Both the position numbers and the translations under genes were made by a program. 64,000 nt of DNA from Methanobrevibacter thaueri. GTDB lineage: Archaea; Methanobacteriota; Methanobacteria; Methanobacteriales; Methanobacteriaceae. Location: assembly GCF_015062915.1 (NCBI RefSeq), contig NZ_SUTJ01000003.1, positions 33,525 to 97,524 of the forward strand, given 5' to 3'. Of this stretch, positions 31,630 through 42,300 are shown one piece after another; position 1 is the first letter of the stretch, and the number at the start of each line of letters is the position of its first letter. Below the pieces are notes generated by a model. That model was not told the origin of the DNA. It made no database searches and was given only the letters and a program-made list of their open reading frames with translations.

Positions 31630-31653
31630 TCAAAAGTATATGGATACTTTTGA
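31630..31653 (+). terminator. Hairpin immediately after the stop codon
   Basis: Perfect 10-bp stem TCAAAAGTAT/ATACTTTTGA with loop ATGG; T tracts follow. Confidence 0.55.
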
Positions 31654-31803
31654 GCATAATTTTTTAATAAGTAAAGTGGTAGTTTTTTTTTATAGATGTA
31701 TACTTTTTTTGATATTTTATCCAATCTTTTGTAAAATATTTTTTTCATAATATTTATATGCTCATTCATTCAATATTTTTATTGATTGTGGAAGGCGGTT
31801 AAT

Positions 31804-33237
31804 ATGAGGTACCTCAATAGAAATGACTTGTTAATCGTTGTCAGGAATATGGGCATTTTGATGATTGGAATCGGAGGGATGTGTCTGGTTCCGGTCATTG
31901 TAGATTTTTTGTATCTTGAGTATAATGCCATATATTACATTATGCCTGCCCTTGTATCAATTCTCATTGGTTTAATCTGTTCAAGAGCGCTAAATCAATA
32001 TTCCTCTGATAAAATCCGCTTCAAGCATGCAATGCTCATATCTTCACTGTCATGGCTGTGGGCAGGTCTAATCTGCGGCTTGGTTCTTTACTCTGTAACA
32101 GGTATTGGAATTGTGGACGCCGTTTTCGAGAGCATATCCGCTTTAACCGGAAGTGGAATAACAATATACTCCGATGTGGAAGTTCTTCCATACAGTATCC
32201 TGTTTTTCAGAGCATTTCAACAATGGGTTGGCGGTTTAGGTATTGTTTTTTTCATAATATTCATTTTGACAAAACCAGGCAGCATGTCATCCAAACTATA
32301 TCGTTCCGAAGCCAGGGAAGATCGTCTCAAACCATCCATCATGGCCACAATCAAGCAAACCATCCTGATTTATTTTATTTACACGGCTCTTGGAATCACT
32401 TTATACCTGCTTGCGGGAATGCCTCTTTTCGATTCGGTGTGCAATACGTTCACCACAATTTCAACCGGAGGGATGAGCATAAAGAATGCCAATATCGGAT
32501 TTTATCAAAGTGACGTGATTTATTTCATCACTATCGTCCTGATGATACTGGGGGCAACCAGCTTTCTGGTTCATTATAGGATTATTAAAACACGGGGTAA
32601 ATCATTGATTCAGGATTTGCAGTTCAAGGTATTGGTTTCTTTAATAGCAATTGCCTCTCTATTGATATATTTCACATCAAACATTGTTTCAATGGATGCA
32701 CTATTTGTTGTCGTTTCGGCCATCACGACAACTGGGGCAAGCATTGAAAGCTCAACGGTCATGGGAGGATGGCCTCCTTTTGTGCTCTTCATAATTATGA
32801 TGCTGATGCTCATTGGAGGGTCAAACGGTTCAACTGTGGGAGCCATGAAACTGATGAGGGTCATTACATTTGCAAAGGGAATTTATAAGAACACTCGTGA
32901 GATCCTGGCCCCTCAAGGCAGTGTTTTAAAGATGCAGATGGACGGTAAGGAGCTTAAGGAAAGCGTTGCAGCACAAAGCGGAAACTTCATCGCCCTTTAT
33001 TTGATGTTCATTGTCTTTACCTGGTCATTGTTATGTTTATATGGCCATAATCCTATTGATTCATTATTCTTCTCAATGTCCATGCAGGGAAACGTTGGCT
33101 TGGAGATCGGGCAAATGTCACAGGCATTGGAATGGCCATTAAAGGTTGTGGGAATATTCAACATGTGGACCGGAAGGCTTGAAATATATCCTGTAATCAT
33201 CTCATTGAGGGCATTTTTCGAAGTGTTCAAAAGATAA
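31804..33237 (+). CDS. trkH: Trk-type potassium uptake membrane subunit
   Basis: FESISALTGSG, FQQWVGGLG, TTISTGG, TTTGA, GGSNGSTVGAMK, GNVG and MWTGRLE. Start at ATG 31804. Confidence 0.92.
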   Translation: MRYLNRNDLLIVVRNMGILMIGIGGMCLVPVIVDFLYLEYNAIYYIMPALVSILIGLICSRALNQYSSDKIRFKHAMLISSLSWLWAGLICGLVLYSVTGIGIVDAVFESISALTGSGITIYSDVEVLPYSILFFRAFQQWVGGLGIVFFIIFILTKPGSMSSKLYRSEAREDRLKPSIMATIKQTILIYFIYTALGITLYLLAGMPLFDSVCNTFTTISTGGMSIKNANIGFYQSDVIYFITIVLMILGATSFLVHYRIIKTRGKSLIQDLQFKVLVSLIAIASLLIYFTSNIVSMDALFVVVSAITTTGASIESSTVMGGWPPFVLFIIMMLMLIGGSNGSTVGAMKLMRVITFAKGIYKNTREILAPQGSVLKMQMDGKELKESVAAQSGNFIALYLMFIVFTWSLLCLYGHNPIDSLFFSMSMQGNVGLEIGQMSQALEWPLKVVGIFNMWTGRLEIYPVIISLRAFFEVFKR

Positions 33238-33330
33238 TTCAACAAATTATATAACTTCTCATTCTTAAACTATTAACTAATTGAATTGTGTAATATTTTT
33301 TCATGAATGATTTTTTTAGGGGCGTATTGT

Positions 33331-34734
33331 GTGAAAAAGACAAAAGTCATATGTAGTGTTGGGCCGGCAAGCAATTCTGTTGAGGTAATGGGTGAAATGG
33401 TCAATAAGGGCATGGATTGTGCACGTATAAATCTTAGTCATGCCACACAGGATGATATACTGAACACAATAGAGGTCGTCAGGCAAGTGCGCAGGAAATG
33501 CAATGCACCAGTGGCCATAATGTATGACACTAAGGGGCCGGAATTTCGAACATTGGAATTTGACGATGGTGGAGTAAGCCTTAAAAAGGGAGATACCATC
33601 AAAATGAGCAAGGACTGCATCCAGGGCAATGAAAATGAATTTGGAGTCAATCACAGTGAAGCCATTGACTTTATAGAAGTCGGAGACAAGGTTCTTGTTG
33701 ACAATGCTCTTCTAGAACTTGAAGTTATTGACAAACAAGAGGGTTATGTTGTGTTGAAGGCATTGGGCAACGGCAAGATACAGAACCACAAGACAATCAA
33801 TGTTCCGGGTGTTGATTTGAAACTGGACTTCATAAGTGATGTTGATAAAAAAGACATCGCCTTTGCCGCAAAACACTCCTGCGATTACTTGGCATTGTCC
33901 TTTGTAAATACTCGAGAGGATGTTATTGCAGCCCGTGAAATAATCGAGGAAGCCGGAGGCGACGCTCTCATCATTTCAAAGATTGAAAGCAGGATGGGAA
34001 TAGAAAACCTTGATGAGATAATTGACGAATCCGATGGAATCATGGTGGCTCGAGGAGACCTGGGAGTTGAGGTTCCGATGGAGGAGCTGCCGATGCTTCA
34101 AAAGGATATCCTCAGGAAATGCCGTGAAAAGGGAAAGTTCGCAATTGTCGCTACAGAGATGCTGGCGTCAATGTATGAAAATCCAAGGCCTTCAAGAGCG
34201 GAAGTCTCAGACGTGGCCAATGCAGTGCTGGACGGAACAGACTGCGTGATGCTGTCAGGTGAAACCACAATCGGAAAGTACCCGGTAGCGGCAGTTGAAA
34301 TAATGAGCAGAATATGCAAATACGTCGAATCAACAATAGATTACACAAAACACCCCGTTTACAAGGGATCAATTGGAATCAGCGACACAATCGCAAAACT
34401 GGTAGTTGATGCCGTTGAATACTCTAACATCAAGCTGATAGTCACTCCTACCATGACCGGTTTCACCGCCCGCAAGATCAGTAATTTAAGGCCAAACTCC
34501 ATAATTCTGGCATGCTGCCCGTCAAATCACATTGCCGAGAAGGTCGCATTGAACTTTGGCGTCAAGCCTGTTTTGACTGAGGTATATGAAAGCACTGAGA
34601 AGGTCATTGAAAATGCAAAAAAAATCGCTCAAAAGGAATTCAATCTGAATGAGGGTGATTTGATAGTCATCACAGGAGGATTCCCATTAGGCGAGGCGAA
34701 AAAAACCAACTATGTAAGGATATTGGCGATATAA
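33331..34734 (+). CDS. pyk: Pyruvate kinase
   Basis: KTKVICSVGP, ARINLSH, DTKGPE, SKIE, GIMVARGDLGVE, ATEML, RAEVSDVAN and MLSGET; probable GTG start 33331. Confidence 0.95.
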   Translation: MKKTKVICSVGPASNSVEVMGEMVNKGMDCARINLSHATQDDILNTIEVVRQVRRKCNAPVAIMYDTKGPEFRTLEFDDGGVSLKKGDTIKMSKDCIQGNENEFGVNHSEAIDFIEVGDKVLVDNALLELEVIDKQEGYVVLKALGNGKIQNHKTINVPGVDLKLDFISDVDKKDIAFAAKHSCDYLALSFVNTREDVIAAREIIEEAGGDALIISKIESRMGIENLDEIIDESDGIMVARGDLGVEVPMEELPMLQKDILRKCREKGKFAIVATEMLASMYENPRPSRAEVSDVANAVLDGTDCVMLSGETTIGKYPVAAVEIMSRICKYVESTIDYTKHPVYKGSIGISDTIAKLVVDAVEYSNIKLIVTPTMTGFTARKISNLRPNSIILACCPSNHIAEKVALNFGVKPVLTEVYESTEKVIENAKKIAQKEFNLNEGDLIVITGGFPLGEAKKTNYVRILAI

Positions 34735-34832
34735 TACATACAGTGTATCTATAATTTCACAATATCTGTTCCTCAATTTTTTACAAAAAACAATAAAGCG
34801 AAGATTAATTTAAATTTTTACATATTTTCTTC

Positions 34833-34975
34833 ACTGAAATGCACTATTTTCATTGAACTACCTCGACCTTGGATGAGGTCGGGGATTCTTACTTCACGGG
34901 CAGGTACTTTCCCACGAAAGTAGTTTTACCGTGCTATCCCCCCAGTTCCTGAGGTTCATTTTTGTTTTTTCTTGA
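34833..34975 (-). ncRNA. Predicted TnpB omega-RNA (reRNA) scaffold plus about 20-nt flank-derived guide
   Basis: Overlaps the tnpB 3' end. Contains GGAACTGGGGGGATAGC, a TACTTTC/GAAAGTA hairpin and the right-end hairpin, ending in TTCAA. 5' boundary is approximate. Confidence 0.65.
34861..34884 (-). other. IS right-end hairpin
   Basis: CCTCGACCT-TGGATG-AGGTCGGGG on the + strand. Confidence 0.8.
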
Positions 34976-36102
34976 AGAAGTCTGTATCCTTCTTGTTCTA
35001 TGTTTTTGGCGGCGTTTATGTCTCTGTCGTGTTGTGTTTGGCAGTGTGGACAGGTCCATCTTTTTTCTTCGCCTAAGTCTTTGTTGTAGTATCCGCATAC
35101 GTTACAATTTTTGCTGGATGGGTACCATTGGCTTATTTGGACGAATATTTTATCGTACCATTCGCATTTGTATTTTATCATTTCCACTAACTTGTACCAG
35201 CTGATATTCTGTAGTTTTTTGCTATAATCGGTTTCTTCGAATATTTTTTGTATGTCTAGTGTTTCCATACAGATTAGGTCGTATGTTTTGACTAGGTAGT
35301 TGCTTAATTTGTGGTATGCGTCTTTTATGCGGTTGTTTTTTCTTTGTATCCATTTGCCTAGTTTTTTTAGTGTTTTGTTGTAGCGGTTGCTGTTGTATTT
35401 TTTTCGTGATAGGCTTTTTTGGTATTTTTTAATCATTTTTTCCTCATGTGTCGTGTCTAAATTGGTTATCTTTAGTCCGTTGCTGAGGATTGCTAATGTT
35501 CTCATACCAAGATCAATTCCCACGCTCTTATAAGTATAATCCATTGTCTCTACTTCGGTTTCGATGTTGAAAACTGCATAAAAGTGACCGTGCTCCTTTT
35601 TAATGGTTACATTGTTTATTTTAGATTCTTTTAGTAATCTTTTATAATGGGTGCTGGTTCTGTAATGTACTTTTCCTAGTTTTGGTAAGACAATTGTATT
35701 GTCTTGTATTTTGATATTATTGTTGTTTTGTATTCTGAAACTTTGTTTTGGATTCTTTTTGGATTTGAATCTAGGATAATCGGATGTATTGTTGAAGAAT
35801 CTATTAAATGCAGTTATTAGGTCACGATAGACCTGTTGTAGGCTGCTTGACTCACTTTCATACAAGAAGGGATATTGTGTTTTCAACATGTTCAACATTG
35901 TATTGAATGTTTTCTGATTGCATTGTAACTTTGTGTATCCTTGTTGTTTAAACAATTCAAATGTTTCCTGATATTCTTCTAATAATTTATTCCAAGTTAA
36001 TCTGGCGTTATTAATATTCTGATTAATTTTATCCTTCATACTTTCATCAGGATACAATTTAACCACAATACCTTTATTAACCGTATTATACTCAGAAAAC
36101 AT
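34894..36102 (-). CDS. tnpB: RNA-guided endonuclease TnpB
   Basis: N-terminal KLYP HTH, PRFKSKK, RuvC-I GIDLG, RuvC-II METL, CNVC/CPHC zinc finger, RuvC-III DRDINAA. All three acidic residues are present. Confidence 0.95.
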   Translation of the reverse strand: MFSEYNTVNKGIVVKLYPDESMKDKINQNINNARLTWNKLLEEYQETFELFKQQGYTKLQCNQKTFNTMLNMLKTQYPFLYESESSSLQQVYRDLITAFNRFFNNTSDYPRFKSKKNPKQSFRIQNNNNIKIQDNTIVLPKLGKVHYRTSTHYKRLLKESKINNVTIKKEHGHFYAVFNIETEVETMDYTYKSVGIDLGMRTLAILSNGLKITNLDTTHEEKMIKKYQKSLSRKKYNSNRYNKTLKKLGKWIQRKNNRIKDAYHKLSNYLVKTYDLICMETLDIQKIFEETDYSKKLQNISWYKLVEMIKYKCEWYDKIFVQISQWYPSSKNCNVCGYYNKDLGEEKRWTCPHCQTQHDRDINAAKNIEQEGYRLLQEKTKMNLRNWGDSTVKLLSWESTCP

Positions 36103-36200
36103 ATGAAATCACATCCAAAACAGGAGTTTTTTTACAATTTTTTCCAAATTAAGAAAACACACAATAATATATTATTAAATAACCATAATATAAACAAACA

Positions 36201-36223
36201 GTGAGAGAGCATTTGGAAACTAA
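36201..36223 (+). repeat. 23-nt dispersed repeat, copy 2, inside the IS left end
   Basis: 21/23 identical to positions 10-32. Confidence 0.8.
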
Positions 36224-36256
36224 TACTAATTCATCCCATGTTTTTGTGCAATTCAT

Positions 36257-36279
36257 CCACGACCTAAAAGAGGTCATGG
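36257..36279 (-). other. IS left-end hairpin
   Basis: CCACGACCT-AAAAG-AGGTCATGG on the + strand; an outer GTGCAA/TTGCAC pair can extend the stem. Confidence 0.8.
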
Positions 36280-36363
36280 TATTCTTGCACTATTAAGATA
36301 AAATATATTTATTCTAATGATAAATATTTATAATAATATATATTACATTTTAGGTGGGAATTT

Positions 36364-39300
36364 ATGCACAAGTTTAATTTATCGTCATCTCAGAAGATGT
36401 TGTTGTTTTCTGAGATAAACAATCCTAACAACGACTCGTTTTATCTCAAATTCAGAAAAGATTATGATTTGAAGAATTTTGATAAGGTGAAACAGGCAAT
36501 TGAAAGTATTTCTAGAAATCATTTAAACTTAAAAATTAAATATGATGAAAAGGGGGATTTCAAGCAATATTACGATGATTTTGATGTAAATGTGGAATCA
36601 TTTGAAGTTGCTGATGAAAATTTGGACCAATTCATTGTCGATTACTTGGATGAACCTTTTGATGATGTTTTCGATTCTCCATTGTATAAGTGGGCAGTAT
36701 TGAAAACAGAATCATCAGCTGTTCTTATAGGTGTTGTACAGCATATCCTATTGGATGGTACTTCCTTATTTTCATTAATTCCTCAGGAGATTGAAAAATA
36801 CCTCCGTGATGGGGATTATGTTTCAGATGAGTATTCTTACGAAACATATGTTAATGATGAAATGGAGTATTTAAAGTCCCCTGAAGCCAGTGAGGATAAA
36901 AAATATTGGTTGAACATTTTAAAAGATTATTCTCAGGATTGGTATTCATTCGACAATTCTGAACTTGGTTATTATGAAGTGCTTTTGGATCAAATCCCTA
37001 ACTTCAAGTATTCCCCATTTGTCACTGCACTTGCACTTGAGTTTTTATATTTTGCAAAATCCAAAAAGAGCAACAAATTGTTTAAGGACATTGTGATGAA
37101 CACTTCCGTCCATGGAAGATACTTCGGACAAGGCGACGCTCTTGGAATGTTTGTAAATACAATTCCATTAAGGCTGACCTATGATGAGGATTTAACCTTT
37201 GATGAGTTGATGGTATATTCAAAATCAGTTTTAAAAGAGGGATTGGCACATGCTAAATTGCAGTTCAGTGAATACGCAACCGATTTGAGAAACGTAAACA
37301 TTGACCCGGACTGCATTTCAATGTTTTCCATAGTGTCCAATTCCACAGACTATGATTCAAAATTCCTGACTTTGCAAAAGGACATCAAGTTCCCATTGCA
37401 CTTCAGGATAAATAAGAACTATTCAGATAAAAACGGCCTGCAATCCATATTTGTGGAATATGACAAATCCTGTTTCAGCCATCGTGAAATTGAATCAATT
37501 GCAAATGGTTTAAGGGATTTGCTAAGGCAGATAATGGATGATTCCTCCAAAAAATGTAAGGATTACACTGTTGAAGTGGTTGATTTCTTCAATGCCGAAA
37601 ACTACTACAACAACATGATGAATTCATTTGACAATCCGACAGCAATCTCTCCAGATATGAGTGGAGACAATGTAATATTCTCTGAACTTTCCAAACCTAT
37701 AGATGATGATAAATTAAAGAACTTGTCAAAACAATATAATCTGTCTAAGGAAAGAATGCTGTTGTCTGTGTTCATGTTTAACTTGACAAAATTCTCATTT
37801 TCAAAAGATATTCTTGTTGCCTACAATAAACAGGCTTGTGGATATCATTTCAACACAGATTTATCTGTTATTGAATACTTGGAGGACTTTAAAAAGTATT
37901 TCAAGTATTATTCAAATTATCCTTTGTTAAACAATAAAAAACTCAATTTTGAAAGTGAAATATTGTTTTTCACTGATGAATACGATGCCAAGGACTATAA
38001 ATTCGTATTTAATTATGAAAGTGGAAAAATCAACATCAGCTATGATGAGTCATTCTATTCAAAAGAACTAATTGAAACATTTCTGGAATCAATGGAAGTC
38101 TTATTGGATAGATTCGAATCAGGCGATAATTTATTGAAAGATATCTCCATAAGAAGACAACTTGAATATGATGAGGACTTCAAGATTGAACTTGCAAATG
38201 AAGGTGTTGTAAACAAGGTCTTTGACATGGCTGTAGCTCAAAACCCTCAAAAAACAATACTCATTGCAGAGGATGGGGAAGTAACATATGGGGAATTGGA
38301 TAAAAAAGCCAATAGGATAGCTAATGCATTAATCAAAAGAGGAGTGAACATTGAAGATAGGGTAATGTTCATGATGAGAAGAAACAGTGACCTGATAGCT
38401 GCAGTTTTAGGTATTGTCAAGGCAGGAGCCGCTTTTATTCCAATTGACCCTAAATATCCTAAAAACAGAATCAATCAAATTCTGGATGACAGTGATTCCA
38501 AATTCGTCATAACAAGTTCAGAAATAGGTTATGATGGAGAAAACAGAATAGATATTGATGATTTGCTTGATGAAATTGATGATTCAAATCCTGAAATCGA
38601 GTTAACGCCGGATAACTTGTGTTTCATGATTTATACTTCAGGTTCAACCGGAAAACCTAAGGGAGTGATGATTACTCATAGGGGTATCACAAATTATGTT
38701 GCAAATGTTGAGGAGAATGTTCCGATTTATGAGCTGAACCATAAGTGTAACAAGTTCATTTCAATTTCAACAGTTTCTTTCATTGTATTTTTGAGAGAAG
38801 TGTTTGGTACAATACTCAATGGATTGCCAGTGGTGTTTGCAAACGATGAAGAATCAATAGATCCATTGAAATTGGTTGAATTGTTCAAAAAAACCGGAGC
38901 TCAAGGATTTGGCTCCACACCAACAAGACTGCTCGAATACATTCAGCTTGAAGAGATTCAGGATGTTGTTAAGGATTGCACTGTGATAATTGTCGGCGGT
39001 GAAGGATTCCCTCCTATATTATATGAAAGGCTGTCAAAATACACTGATGCAGACATCTACAACTCTTACGGCCCAACAGAGGTCACCATTGCATCACACT
39101 ACAAGCTGATTGACTCATCTCAAGTCACCGCAGGATGGAAGATGCTCAATGTGGTTGATAAGATAATGGATATCGATGGAAATCAACTTCCTCCATATGT
39201 CATGGGCGAAATCTATGTTGGTGGTGCAGGAATTGCAAGAGGATATCTGAATAATGAGGAGCAAACCCAAAAGGTCTTTTTAACACTTAATGACATTCCA

Positions 39301-42300
39301 TATTACAATACTGGAGATTTGGGTAAAAAAGATGCTAACGGCGAGCTATATGTTCATGGGAGAAATGATACTCAAATCAAGCTTAGGGGCTTAAGAATCG
39401 AATTGTCTGAAATTGAAGGGGCAATTGCCAATTATGATGGCATTTCCCTTTCAAAGGTCGTTGTCAAAAAAGTCAATTCAGTGGAGCATTTATGCGCCTA
39501 CTTTACAGCCGTAACCGATATAGATATTGATGATTTAAAGCAACATTTAGTTGATTCAATTCCTGAGTATATGGTTCCATCTTATTTCACACAACTTGAC
39601 GAGTTTCCAAAAACTCCAAATGGCAAGACAGACTTTAAAAACTTGCCTGACCCTGAAATTGATGTTGATGATTTTATTAAACCAAGAAATGAGATTGAAC
39701 AGGAGTTATTCAATATTGTATCCGAGCTCTTGAACATTGAGGAATTTGGTGTAAACACTGATTTATTCAGCATAGGATTGACTTCATTGTCTGTAATCAA
39801 ACTGACATCTGCAATTTACAATAACTTGAATGCACAGTTAAACGTTACTGAAATACTTAATTATAAGACAATTGAAAGAATCGCTTCTGAAATTAAGATA
39901 GATGATGCATCATCAAGTGATGTGCAGGAATTATATCCTTTAACCTCAAATCAACTTGGAGTTTACTTTGACTGCATTAAAGATCCTGAAAACACTGCAT
40001 ATAACCTTCCAAAGAAAATGGAATTTAGTGAAGGCATTGATGCAGATAAACTCAAATTATCAATTATTGAATCCATTGAAAATCATCCATATTTAAAAAC
40101 AAGAATTGTAATGGAAAACGGTGAAGTTTACCAACAAAGAAGGGATAACCTGAAAGTTGATGATTTAATAGAAATGGTTGATGATGCTAATGTGGACGAG
40201 TTTGTAAAGCCGTTCAAGCTTGATGAGGGGCCATTGTTCCGCTTCAAGATAGTTGGAAATTCAATGTTGCTTGCTGATTTCCACCACATTATCGTTGATG
40301 GAACTTCATTAAACATTCTATTTGATGAGATAGCTAAAATCTATGATGGAAAGGATTATGAGATTGAGGAGATTGATGGATTTGAATATTCATTGAATGA
40401 AAAGAAAACAGAACAATCCAGCTTGTATGAAGAGGCTAAACTATTTTTCTCCAATAAGGTCAAGGAATTTGATGATGCCACATTGATTCCGCAGGACATC
40501 AATGGTGATGAGTCTGAGGGTAGTGCCGCAATGGATGATATCTTCTTGGGTAAGGAATCCATAGATGAGTTCTGCGCAAAATCCGGCATATCCCAAAACA
40601 ACTTGTTCCTGGCTGCGACCTCATTCGTCATAAACAAGTTTGTTTATAATCGTGAAATATTGATTGCAACAATCACTAACGGCAGATTCAATCCAAACCA
40701 GCAAAAGACATTGGCAATGATGGTTAAGACATTGCCTTTATCATTGAAATTGAATTCAGATTCAAACATTAAGGAATACCTTGACTACATTAACGGCGAG
40801 TGGTTAAACGTATTGGGTTACTCATCATATCCTCTAACAGAAATCTCAAACGAGTTCGACATCACTCCTGAGATATTGTACGCATACCACGGCAAAATCA
40901 TTGAGGATATTGAAATCGGAGGAATGAATGTCGAAAGGCAGTCAATAGATTATGAAGGATTGAAATTCAAGATAAATATTAATGTTGTCGATGTCGGAGA
41001 CCAATATAGGATTTTCTGCGAATACAATGACCAATTATACTCTAAAACTTTAATTGACACATTCCTTAACTGTATTAGGATTGTCCTGAATAAATTCCAA
41101 AGTTTCGATGAAAAAACATTGATGAAGGATATTTCAATAATCGAAAATGATGACTGGGGAGTTGACGATTTAGAGTATGATGAAATTCCAGAGGAAAGAT
41201 TAAACAAGATATTTGAAAATCAGGTGGAAATGCATCCTGACAGGGTTGTCTTATATGCCACCGACGGGGAATTCACATATGAGCAATTGAATGAAAAGGC
41301 CAATAGGATTGCACATGGCCTTATCAAAAGGGGTGTAGGTCCTGAGGACAGGATAATGTTTATTCTTAATAGGGACAGTAACACAATAGCATCAATTTTC
41401 GGTATCCTGAAATCAGGTGCTGCATTTATTCCAGTGGACTCAGAATATCCTTCTGAAAGAATTGAGCATGTATTGACAGACAGTGAGTCAAAATACATAA
41501 TTGTGGATGATGTAATTGAGAAAAAATCCATAGATCTGTCCCAATATGAGGATAACTTATTGGATGTCCATGAACTTCTAAAAGAGGAAGACACTTCAAA
41601 CCCCGACCCTGACGTTCATGCCAATAACATGGCTTATCTCATCTACACTTCAGGTTCCACAGGACTTCCAAAAGGAGTAATTCTTGAACATGGAAACATT
41701 GCAAACTTCGTTTATCCTGACCCTAGAAATGTATGTACCTATGAACTGGTGCATAATCTTGAAAAAGAGGATTATAAGGTATTGTCCACTACAACAGTTG
41801 CTTTCGATGTGTTCCAGCAGGAGATTATGGGATCCCTATTGAACGGGGTGCCGATGGTATTTGCCAATGACACTGAATACAAGGACCCAATCGAAATGAT
41901 GAGTCTGATTCACAGGACAGGCGCTAATGTCTACATTGCAACCCCATCACGTTTGCTGCAATATCTGGAAATCGAAGCGATGCAGGAGACAATGTACGGA
42001 TTCAAGGTATACATTCACGCTGGAGAACCATTCTCAGCCAGATTATATGAATTGCTTTCACAAAACTCCAATGGAAAACTATTCAACATGTACGGGCCAA
42101 CAGAGACTACAGTCTACTGTAACGGTCAGCTGCTTGAAAGTTCAGACATTCACATTGGAAAAGAGCTTTTCAACGTACATGAAATGGTTATGGATTTCGA
42201 TTCAAACCCATTGCCTCCAAATGTCATTGGGGAAATGTACATTGCAGGAAAGGGTGTTTCAAGAGAGTACCTGAACCGTCCTGAGAAAAATGAGGAGTCA

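Larger units (their letters stand above)
34853..36297 (-). mobile_element. Non-autonomous IS200/IS605-family element (tnpB only)
   Basis: Related subterminal hairpins at both ends. On the minus strand the right end terminates in TTCAA with GAAT 5' of the hairpin; the left end is preceded by TTTAT with AATA at +15..+18. No tnpA ORF. Confidence 0.8.

Noticed and set aside
34894-36102. TnpB as a nuclease-dead TldR-type repressor
   Set aside because: All three RuvC acidic residues and both IS ends are intact.
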